A stretch of DNA of 64,000 nt from an uncultured Pelagibacteraceae bacterium (GTDB lineage: Bacteria > Pseudomonadota > Alphaproteobacteria > Pelagibacterales > Pelagibacteraceae): NCBI GenBank assembly GCA_902616145.1, contig CACMRM010000001.1:161450-225449 (forward strand), read 5' to 3'. A program made the translations under genes and the position numbers. The notes below the pieces were generated by a model, which had not been told where the DNA came from, did not search any database, and saw nothing but the letters and a program-made list of their open reading frames with translations. Positions 9,316 through 16,790 of this stretch are shown one piece after another (within the stretch, counting starts at the first letter, position 1; each line of letters starts with the position of its first letter).

Positions 9316-9801
9316 TTAAGGTTTTTTTTTTATAGATTTAGTTTGTAAACGTTTCCATTTTTCTAAGTTTGATTTTATTTTTTCATCAAAATTTCCAATA
9401 ATTGAAGCTGCAAGTAAACCAGCATTCATTGATCCGTTTATAGCCATTGTAGCTACGGGACAACCTCGTGGCATTTGCGCTATAGATAATAGGCTATCTA
9501 AACCCTTTAATTTTTTTGACTCAATCGGAACTCCAACAACTGGCAAGGAAGATAAGGATGCTACCATACCGGGTAGATGGGCTGAACCTCCCGCTCCAGC
9601 CACGATAACGCCAAAACCGTTTTTTGAAGCTGATTCTGCAAATTCAAACATTCTTTTTGGTGTTCTGTGCGCGCTTACTATTGATGTTTGAAATTTTATC
9701 TTGAGAATACTTAAAATTTTCTCGCATTCTTTCATCACAGAATAATCGGATTTAGATCCCATAATGATTGCTACTTTATTATTCAGTTTAATACGCTTCA
9801 C
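9316..9801 (-). CDS. purE: N5-carboxyaminoimidazole ribonucleotide mutase
   Basis: Contains the IIMGSKSD, SAHRTP and AGGSAHLPGM motifs. GTG start at 9801. Confidence 0.9.
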   Translation of the reverse strand: MKRIKLNNKVAIIMGSKSDYSVMKECEKILSILKIKFQTSIVSAHRTPKRMFEFAESASKNGFGVIVAGAGGSAHLPGMVASLSSLPVVGVPIESKKLKGLDSLLSIAQMPRGCPVATMAINGSMNAGLLAASIIGNFDEKIKSNLEKWKRLQTKSIKKKP

Positions 9802-9831
9802 AGATTAATTTAACAATATTTGATATAAAAA

Positions 9832-9858
9832 CAATGGCCTAATTAGATTAAGCCATTG
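9832..9858 (-). terminator. Terminator-like hairpin CAATGGC-N13-GCCATTG, followed by a U5 run on the minus strand. Lies 31 nt upstream of the purE start.
   Basis: 7-bp stem, extendable by TAAT/ATTA pairs. The A5 at 9827-9831 on the plus strand is a U-tract on the minus strand. The plus strand is also followed by GTTTGTTT. Confidence 0.45.
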
Positions 9859-9877
9859 GTTTGTTTAGGAGGAAAGA

Positions 9878-10000
9878 TTATGCTCGAACTCTAAAACTTA
9901 GAAATTTTGGGCTATTTTGAAGTTCAAAGATGGAGATTTTTTTGAATTTCTTATTAATGTTAGTTTTTAACTTGCTTTTTTTTAGTTGTTTAATTCTCAT
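9878..10000 (-). CDS. Candidate 40-aa basic mini-ORF or leader peptide between ybgC and purE
   Basis: Manual translation: MRIKQLKKSKLKTNINKKFKKISIFELQNSPKFLSFRVRA*. AAGGA lies 3 nt upstream of the ATG. The stop is 19 nt before the hairpin at 9858-9832. Below the ORF-track cutoff. Confidence 0.3.
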   Translation of the reverse strand: MRIKQLKKSKLKTNINKKFKKISIFELQNSPKFLSFRVRA

Positions 10001-10080
10001 AATTCCTTTTAGTTTATTTTTAACTCTAAGAGTATTGCTGAATTTGCAAACTTGAGTTGAAAATACTTTATAACGAAAAT

Positions 10081-10109
10081 TTAGGCGGATATTAGGCGTT
10101 TCTTAGCCA
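10081..10109. repeat. Three direct repeats TTAGGCG / TTAGGCG / TTAGCCA with 11-bp phasing
   Basis: Repeats start at 10081, 10092 and 10103. They form a GC-rich island in an otherwise AT-rich spacer just downstream of the ybgC stop. Confidence 0.5.
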
Positions 10110-10112
10110 AAT

Positions 10113-10541
10113 TTAAATTTTTGCAAAAAAATCTTTAGAAAGTTTTTTTATTGACCCACTTCGATCTACCACTGCTAGTTCCACCTCTGCACTAACAAGA
10201 ACTTCCCCACTTCTTTTTACCTCTTGAAGCAAGTTTAGTCTTACGTTGGTTTTTTTTAAAACAGCTGTTTCAACACTTAAATTATCTTCAAAAACCGCTG
10301 ATTTTAGATATTTAATATTGCATTTCCTAACTACAAACATTACATCGTGATCATTCATAAGTTGAGTTAAAGTAAGACCAAATTTTTCGTGTATTAGCTC
10401 AGTTCTAGCTCTCTCGATATATTGAAGATATCTAGAGTAAAATACTCTACCAAAGTCAATGTCTTCAACAAAAACTTTCAGCTCGTAAATGTGGCTTTTA
10501 GACATAATTTCAATCATAAGGCTAAAGTTTATCTTATTCAA
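10113..10541 (-). CDS. ybgC: Acyl-CoA thioesterase, YbgC / 4-hydroxybenzoyl-CoA thioesterase (hotdog) family
   Basis: YELKVFVEDIDFGRVFYSRYLQYIERARTELI matches the YbgC pattern (RVYYEDTD..VY...YL.Y.E.AR.E). The start is probably the ATG at 10505 (MSKSHIYELKV). Confidence 0.8.
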   Translation of the reverse strand: MNKINFSLMIEIMSKSHIYELKVFVEDIDFGRVFYSRYLQYIERARTELIHEKFGLTLTQLMNDHDVMFVVRKCNIKYLKSAVFEDNLSVETAVLKKTNVRLNLLQEVKRSGEVLVSAEVELAVVDRSGSIKKLSKDFFAKI

Positions 10542-10613
10542 TAAAGTTTCAATTTCTTTTTTTGGTCCAAATTATGCCAAGCAAAGCACAGACTCTAACT
10601 TTAAATTTCGATC

Positions 10614-10817
10614 ATGAAAATATTATCTACTTTTATGTTGTTGCTTGTTTTGACTAATTGTGCTGGAAGCAACATGGCCAAAGTAAAATTTGGCAAAAGA
10701 TGTACAGCTGCAGATGAGAATGGTTTAAAAGAAAGCTCGTATGTTTGGGTCATTTCAAAAGAAGCGCTTAAATCTTTTGATAAGAGAATAAATAAATCTA
10801 ATTGTTCAGATATTTAA
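10614..10817 (+). CDS. Small lipoprotein (hypothetical)
   Basis: Signal peptide with lipobox LLVLTNC-AGS. 67 aa. Confidence 0.55.
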   Translation: MKILSTFMLLLVLTNCAGSNMAKVKFGKRCTAADENGLKESSYVWVISKEALKSFDKRINKSNCSDI

Positions 10818-10855
10818 TTTCCTTTTAAATTTAATTGTCTGTGCTAATAAGGGGT

Positions 10856-11938
10856 ATGCGAATACCCCTTATTCTGTGTATATTATTTTCATTAAGTATT
10901 AGTTTGAATGCTATGGAAAAAAAACCTTATCATCATATTTATAAAGACGGAAAATTATATGCTTTTAGAAACCTTGAGGGTGGTCCAAAAAGGGACCCTA
11001 ATTTTAAATGGAATTGGAAAGTTTTTAGGGAGGAAAAAAAGAAACTTAAGATTGATTATCCGCCTGAACATGTAATTGATAAGAAATTAGTTTTAAAAAA
11101 TCTTGAAAAAAATAAATCTGACTCATATGTGATGTGGCTTGATCACGCGAGCTTTATAATCAAACTTGGAAACACTACAATTATTACTGATCCAGTTTTC
11201 GAAAAGAATTATGGACCTATGGTATTTGGACCCAAGAAATATATAGAATCGCCTTTAACTCTTAAAGAACTTCCGAAAATTGATTTATTTTTGCTGACAC
11301 ACAATCATTATGATCACATGAGTATCCGTACGATAAAAAACTTTCCTTATAAGAATACTAAAGTTCTTGTGCCTCTTAAGCTTGGGAAATATTTCACGAA
11401 AAATGGATATAAAAAAGATACTGTTAAAGAGATGGATTGGTTTGATAAAATTAAAATAAATGATGAAATCTCAGTAACAATGCTTCCAAGTCAACATTGG
11501 TCCAAACGATGGATCTGGGGAGATGGAAATACAAATAGATCACTTTGGGGGAGCTTTTTAATTGAATATAAAGATAAAAAAATCTTTTTTGCTTGTGATA
11601 CCGGACCAGCGCCGTTTTACAAGGAATTAGGAAAAAAATTTGGTCCAATCGATTTGGGTTTTGGAAATTTGGGCGCTTATAATTTCTATCCACTGGTTCC
11701 AGTCAAGGATAAATCTACAGCTCACGCAAATCCTGAAGAGCTTTTATCTTTAATGAAAGATTTAGGAGTAAAAAAAGTTGTAGGAATGCATTGGGGAACA
11801 GCAATATTAAGTTTGGAGCCGATCTGGGAACCTCCCGTAAGGTTTAAAGAAAATGCAGAAAAGTTTGGTTATGAAAAGGAAGAAGCAATTATATTTAAAA
11901 TTGGTGAGATTAAAAAATTAAAAGACCTTATCAACTAA
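10856..11938 (+). CDS. Metallo-beta-lactamase fold hydrolase (NAPE-PLD-like), secreted or membrane-anchored
   Basis: HxHxDH motif (THNHYDHM). N-terminal signal-like MRIPLILCILFSLSISLNA. The track ORF starts at TTG 10835; the ATG at 10856 is preferred. Confidence 0.75.
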   Translation: MRIPLILCILFSLSISLNAMEKKPYHHIYKDGKLYAFRNLEGGPKRDPNFKWNWKVFREEKKKLKIDYPPEHVIDKKLVLKNLEKNKSDSYVMWLDHASFIIKLGNTTIITDPVFEKNYGPMVFGPKKYIESPLTLKELPKIDLFLLTHNHYDHMSIRTIKNFPYKNTKVLVPLKLGKYFTKNGYKKDTVKEMDWFDKIKINDEISVTMLPSQHWSKRWIWGDGNTNRSLWGSFLIEYKDKKIFFACDTGPAPFYKELGKKFGPIDLGFGNLGAYNFYPLVPVKDKSTAHANPEELLSLMKDLGVKKVVGMHWGTAILSLEPIWEPPVRFKENAEKFGYEKEEAIIFKIGEIKKLKDLIN

Positions 11939-13142
11939 CTTTTTTTTTATTTCTTTCTCTATCAAGCAACTTAGTTAGCGAGTCCACCATAAGATCTGAG
12001 GCTTTAAATATTTCTTTTGGTTTGAATTCATAAGAGTTATGTTTTTCTGGATTTGATTTATCTTCAATTATAATTCCTTCATCAGGCGAATTATCTTTGA
12101 TGTATATTAAAATTAACCAATCGTCCTCTGCGGTATCATCCCACTTTATAAATATTTCACCAGTCTCAAATCTTCGATCAACTACCCTCATAATACTCAA
12201 ATATTTTGGAATATATCTTTTGTTTATTTGAAAGCATAAACTATGAGCGGATCTATAAAAACTTTCTAAAGCATACTCAATTTTTTCTCGTTCTTGATTA
12301 TAAACTCTCTCCTTTTCTAATAAAGTTTCCTTATTATCTGTATCTTCAATTTTAATTCCAAGTTGAGTAACTCTCTCTCTAATTGCTTCATTAACTTTTT
12401 GTTCTCTTAATGATCTATATTTTTCTTTAATTCTATCTATGCGGTGTTGAACTTCTTTGTAGGACTCTCTTTGTTGGCTTAGTACATATTTCTCCAAATT
12501 TTTAATTTCTAAAGCCTCTCTTTTTCTAAATTGGTCTATCTTTTTTTCTAAAGCAATTTGTTCTAAAAATTTTCTCTGTTTCTCTGCTTGCTCTTTTCTA
12601 AGTTCAGCTTGCTCCAATCTTATAAATTTCTGCAATTCTATCTTTCTCTCACGGCCTAATTTTTCTTCTTCTCTAAGTTCAAGTGCTTTAGCTTTGATTG
12701 TAAGCTCTTCTTGTTGTTGAAAACGCTTTTGAGCCTCTATTTTCTCTCTATGCATCGCTTGAATTTTAACTTTTTTTTGTTTTTCTCTTTCCTCTTGAAT
12801 AACTTTTTTAATATTTGAAACTCGATTAGAAATTCCTTGAAAAAATTTCTGCAGAGATTTATCCAGATTTAAATTAAATCTTAGCATTGATCTCAATTTA
12901 TCACTTAAACTTAAAATTCTTGATACAACTACTCTTGTTTTTTGAGTTTTTTTGTTTTTAAATTTAGTTAGATTAATTTTCTTTTTTCGTGATTTAGTTT
13001 TTTTTCTTTTTTTTTTAATTATTCTTTTTATTTTTGACTTTCTTTTGTTAATTTTTTTTCTTCTTTTAGCGCTTTTTTTTGATCTGAATTTTTTTAATTT
13101 TATTGACTTGGCTTTTTTGACTTTTTTTCTTTTTCTTTTCAT
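11931..13142 (-). CDS. Hypothetical protein: polybasic N-terminus, long ER/K-rich helical region, unknown C-terminal domain
   Basis: 403 aa. Residues 1-70 are about 60% K/R (MKRKRKKVKKAKSIKLKKFRSKKSAKRRKK...). Residues ~110-290 are E/K/R/Q-rich (REEEKLGRERKIELQKFIRLEQAELRKEQAEKQRK). The last ~110 aa look globular. Confidence 0.6.
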   Translation of the reverse strand: MKRKRKKVKKAKSIKLKKFRSKKSAKRRKKINKRKSKIKRIIKKKRKKTKSRKKKINLTKFKNKKTQKTRVVVSRILSLSDKLRSMLRFNLNLDKSLQKFFQGISNRVSNIKKVIQEEREKQKKVKIQAMHREKIEAQKRFQQQEELTIKAKALELREEEKLGRERKIELQKFIRLEQAELRKEQAEKQRKFLEQIALEKKIDQFRKREALEIKNLEKYVLSQQRESYKEVQHRIDRIKEKYRSLREQKVNEAIRERVTQLGIKIEDTDNKETLLEKERVYNQEREKIEYALESFYRSAHSLCFQINKRYIPKYLSIMRVVDRRFETGEIFIKWDDTAEDDWLILIYIKDNSPDEGIIIEDKSNPEKHNSYEFKPKEIFKASDLMVDSLTKLLDRERNKKKVS

Positions 13143-13168
13143 ACCGTTATTTAATTTAATAACAGTTT

Positions 13169-14374
13169 TTATGAATATATATAGTCTCTTGTTCTATGTG
13201 CAGAATGAAAGTTCTTGACAATTTGTAATTGAAAAACAACAAGATCTCTGTATCTAAAAGCTGCAGCACAGCTTGCTAAATAAAATTCCCACATTTTACA
13301 AAATTTTTCATCAAACAAATCTTTTATCTCATTCCTTTTTGCCAAAAATCTTTCTAGCCAAGCCTCAAGTGTTTTATCGTAGTGTCTTATTAAAGTTTCT
13401 GTATCAGCAACAATTAGACCGGTTTTCTCTATAGGTTTTATAAGCTGACTTAGTGAAGGACATACGCCCCCTGGGAAAATATATTTATTAATGAATTGAT
13501 TTGGAGCAGAAGGTTTGTCCACAACACCAATTAGATGAAATAGGAAATTTCCATTTTCATTTAAAATACTGTTTATTTTCTTAAAAAAAGTGTTGTAGAA
13601 CTTTACTCCTAAGTGTTCCCCAAAACCTACTGACACAATACGATCATAGTTTCCCTTTATTAATCTATAATCTATTAATTCAAATTTAACCTGATTTTCT
13701 AGTCCTAACTTCTTGGCCTTTTCTTTACAATAATTTATTTGATTGGTACTTAGTGAAATTCCAGTTACTTCACAGTCATTCTGTTTTGCAATCTCAAAAC
13801 AAAGGCCGCCCCAGCCGCAGCCAATATCTAAAACTCTTTGGTTTTTTTTAATATCAAGTTTTTTTATTATATGTTGGATTTTATTTTCTTGTGCCTCTTC
13901 TAATGTTTTTGTTTCTTCTTTCCAATATCCACAACTATATTGACGATGATACTTATCGAGCATCACATCATAAAGAATTTCACCTTTTCTTCCACCAATA
14001 TCATAGTGGGCCTCAACATTTTTTTTTGATTTACCTGGAAAATTGAAATTAGTAATAAATCTCCATGCTTGATAAACTTTTTTAAAAAAAATACTAGCTG
14101 TACTAACTTCACTTCTTCCTAGATTTTTTAAAACTAGCATTAAAAATTCTTTTAATGAGGCATTTTCAATAACTATGTCTCCTCTCACAAAACCTTCAGG
14201 AAATTCAAGTTCGGGATTGAGCAAAATTTTCCAATTTAAATCTTTTTTTAAAAGTTTTAAAGTTATAGGTTTTATTTGTCGTGGTGAGCCACAAATATAT
14301 TTTTGATTTTCAGAGTCAATAAGTATTATTCCTCCTTCTTTAAAAATTTTTGTAAATAATTTTGCTAGGATCAT
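13169..14374 (-). CDS. cfa: Cyclopropane-fatty-acyl-phospholipid synthase family SAM methyltransferase
   Basis: Contains the SAM motif VLDIGCGWGGL, HYDIGG and the C-terminal FRYRDLVVFQ, typical of Cfa/mycolic acid cyclopropane synthases. Confidence 0.85.
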   Translation of the reverse strand: MILAKLFTKIFKEGGIILIDSENQKYICGSPRQIKPITLKLLKKDLNWKILLNPELEFPEGFVRGDIVIENASLKEFLMLVLKNLGRSEVSTASIFFKKVYQAWRFITNFNFPGKSKKNVEAHYDIGGRKGEILYDVMLDKYHRQYSCGYWKEETKTLEEAQENKIQHIIKKLDIKKNQRVLDIGCGWGGLCFEIAKQNDCEVTGISLSTNQINYCKEKAKKLGLENQVKFELIDYRLIKGNYDRIVSVGFGEHLGVKFYNTFFKKINSILNENGNFLFHLIGVVDKPSAPNQFINKYIFPGGVCPSLSQLIKPIEKTGLIVADTETLIRHYDKTLEAWLERFLAKRNEIKDLFDEKFCKMWEFYLASCAAAFRYRDLVVFQLQIVKNFHSAHRTRDYIYS

Positions 14375-14377
14375 AAA

Positions 14378-15262
14378 TTATGCCGCTATATTTTTTTCAC
14401 TAATAAATTTTAATTTATTTAATTTTTCAATAAGTTCTTTCAGTTTTTGCTCACTTAATAAAGTAAGTGGAGGCAATACATTCTTATAATTTTCATCTTT
14501 TATCGAATGAAAACTATGCAAAGCTGATATTAAATTATAGCCGTCAAAGGTCTCACGAACACTTATTAATTGATCATTTTTTGTTTGTGGCATCTTATTT
14601 TCAAAATCATCAAATACTTTTCTGGCTAAGGAGTGTGTTGAGTTAGTTACTGCACTTATAACACCGCTTGATCCTTTTTCTAATCCTTTAAGTAGTTTTG
14701 CCTCGCTGCCAGGAAATATTAAAAAATTTTTAATCTTTAAATTTTCATACAAATTATAAGATGAGTCTTTAACTCCAATTATATTTTTAGGGAATGACTC
14801 AACTAATTTTGTAATTGCATCAATAGAAAAAATATAACCAGATAATTTTTGAAAATTGTAAATTACAATTTTAACTTTTGGGCATGCTGAAATTATTTTT
14901 TTGTAAAATTCAAAAACTCCTTCGTCAGAATTTCCAACATAATATGCGCTTGGCATTAATAAAATCGTATTAAAATTAAACTCACTGGCATATTTTATTA
15001 ATTCAATGTTTTCATTAAGACTGTTGCAGCCCGTACCTAAATAAAAGTGTTTTCTTTGTTTGTGTGTAGAAATTTTTGAAATTAAGTCCATTTTCTCATT
15101 TTTGGAAATTAGCTGTGACATTCCAGTGCTTCCAAAAAAGAAGCATCCATGTAGTCCGTTTTTGATTAAGTTCTCAGCATGGGAAATAGTAGCCTCAACG
15201 TTTAACGTTAAGTCTTTATTTAAAACACTTAAACTTGCTGCGTATACCCCTCGTTTCAACAT
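14378..15262 (-). CDS. DapA / N-acetylneuraminate lyase family class I aldolase
   Basis: GSTGMSQLIS resembles GTTGE..LS. GVKDSS carries the Schiff-base Lys region. 294 aa. Assignment as true dapA is not certain. Confidence 0.7.
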   Translation of the reverse strand: MLKRGVYAASLSVLNKDLTLNVEATISHAENLIKNGLHGCFFFGSTGMSQLISKNEKMDLISKISTHKQRKHFYLGTGCNSLNENIELIKYASEFNFNTILLMPSAYYVGNSDEGVFEFYKKIISACPKVKIVIYNFQKLSGYIFSIDAITKLVESFPKNIIGVKDSSYNLYENLKIKNFLIFPGSEAKLLKGLEKGSSGVISAVTNSTHSLARKVFDDFENKMPQTKNDQLISVRETFDGYNLISALHSFHSIKDENYKNVLPPLTLLSEQKLKELIEKLNKLKFISEKNIAA

Positions 15263-15309
15263 CTTATTGTCCCAATTTATTGAAATAAATTATAATATAA
15301 GTTTCAAAA

Positions 15310-16272
15310 ATGAAAGTTCTGATTCTAATAAACAAAGTTGGGCTAGGAGACTGCATAATTCACCTGAATTATATACATGAAATCTCAAAAAAATATGAGA
15401 AACCAGTTTCAATATTAGCTAAAGAAAATACTAGAGCAAAAGATCTTTTTCGAGATGATCCTCATATCAAAGAAGTCATGACATTAGATCGCTTAGATGA
15501 TGAAACTGGTAGCCACGATGGGTTAAATGGATTTATTAAATTGATAAAAGATATTAAAGAAAAAAGATTTGATAGAGTTTTCATATTTAATAGTTCAGTG
15601 AGATATTTTTTAGTTTGTAAATTTGCAGGAATTAAAAAAATTGCTCAATACCCACTATTTAAAAAAAAGGGCCAACATGTTGTCAATACAGCTAAAATTT
15701 TTACTGAGAATGAAATTGGTAAAATTGTATCAACACAACCAAAACTCTTCGTTAATCAAGATGATATATTAAAAGCTAAAAAAAATATGTCACCGCAAAA
15801 TAAATGTATTGTATTAGGTATTAGTGCATCTGGGCCAACTAAACGCTGGGAAATAAAAAATTTTATTAAATTAAGTGAAAAAATAAATCAAAAATTTCCA
15901 TCGACATTTTATTTAGCAGCTGGAAAAAAAGACCAACATTTAATAAATGAAATATCAAATTCAAATATAGGATCTAAATGTATTTCTTTAAATAATTTAA
16001 AGATTAATGAAATGCTTCCAATTATAGCAAATTGTAATTTATACTGCGGCAATGACACAGGTTTTATGCATATCAGTGCCGCTCTTAATTTGAAAACTGT
16101 GGCTTTGTTTATGGATAGTCCAGTTCTAGCTTATGGAAAGTACTCAAAAAATATAAATGTAATTGTTCCAGAAGGTGAAACTGAAGAAACAACAACCCAT
16201 GATACTTTGGGTGCAGACAAGATCTCTTTTGATAAAGTTTATACTAAATGTGTTGAGCTTTTAACTAACTAA
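15310..16272 (+). CDS. Glycosyltransferase family 9 (LPS heptosyltransferase-like)
   Basis: C-terminal GNDTGFMHISAALN motif and N-terminal GLGDCI, typical of GT9. Confidence 0.8.
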   Translation: MKVLILINKVGLGDCIIHLNYIHEISKKYEKPVSILAKENTRAKDLFRDDPHIKEVMTLDRLDDETGSHDGLNGFIKLIKDIKEKRFDRVFIFNSSVRYFLVCKFAGIKKIAQYPLFKKKGQHVVNTAKIFTENEIGKIVSTQPKLFVNQDDILKAKKNMSPQNKCIVLGISASGPTKRWEIKNFIKLSEKINQKFPSTFYLAAGKKDQHLINEISNSNIGSKCISLNNLKINEMLPIIANCNLYCGNDTGFMHISAALNLKTVALFMDSPVLAYGKYSKNINVIVPEGETEETTTHDTLGADKISFDKVYTKCVELLTN

Positions 16273-16777
16273 AATCAGTTTTTAATATTTTTTCTTTCGC
16301 TTCATTTACTAATTGACTCAATCTAGAACTGTCTACATTACGGTTCATATCTGGATGAATTTTTTTTTGTAATTGATTAGCTGCTTTTAAAACTTCTTCT
16401 TTACTCGCACCCTTTTTTAATCCTAACAATTTATAAGCTTCTTCTGATGTAAGGCTTGATGATCCTGGAGTTTGACCGAACTGGCCTTGGGAAAATCTTC
16501 CTGCGTTATTTTTCATGAATTGGATTAATCTCCATAATTGATACATTTGCAGAGCAGTAAATCCTTTAATCTTGAGCCCAGAGAGCAAGATCAACCACAT
16601 TGGAAGACTGAAGATGAATTTACCGCCAATCGTAAATAGCACAGCTAGAATCAATGATATGTAAATTGCAATTTTTTTTATAGTTGTAGCTATTTTTTTT
16701 GAACTAGCCCTAGCGAACCAATTTAGAAAAAGGTAGATTAAGACGAAAATGATAATTCCCAATAAAAACAAATTCAT
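16265..16777 (-). CDS. Membrane-anchored J-domain protein (Pam18/Tim14-like DnaJ-domain protein)
   Basis: 2-3 N-terminal TM helices and a C-terminal J-domain EEAYKLLGLKKGASKEEVLKAANQLQKKIHPDMN with the HPD motif. Confidence 0.75.
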   Translation of the reverse strand: MNLFLLGIIIFVLIYLFLNWFARASSKKIATTIKKIAIYISLILAVLFTIGGKFIFSLPMWLILLSGLKIKGFTALQMYQLWRLIQFMKNNAGRFSQGQFGQTPGSSSLTSEEAYKLLGLKKGASKEEVLKAANQLQKKIHPDMNRNVDSSRLSQLVNEAKEKILKTDFS

Positions 16778-16790
16778 ATAATTTCCTAGT

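Noticed and set aside
9864-9885. RNase P RNA-like GGAGGAAAG motif
   Set aside because: Only the short GGAGGAAAG string matches. The following GUCCGGGC and the distal ACAGAACCCGGCUUA-type conserved regions are missing, and the spacer is too short and AT-rich for RNase P RNA.
9930-10055. 41-aa hydrophobic plus-strand ORF as a stand-alone type I toxin gene
   Set aside because: It has no SD, and the T-rich strand of an AT-rich spacer produces Phe/Leu runs by chance. It is mentioned only as an alternative reading within the purEK-leader finding.
12952-13218. 88-aa Phe/Leu-rich ORF on the plus strand. The similar ORFs at 15060-15380 and 4412-4597 are treated the same way.
   Set aside because: They are T-rich complements of Lys-rich or otherwise well-supported minus-strand genes. 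The composition is an artefact of poly-T translation.
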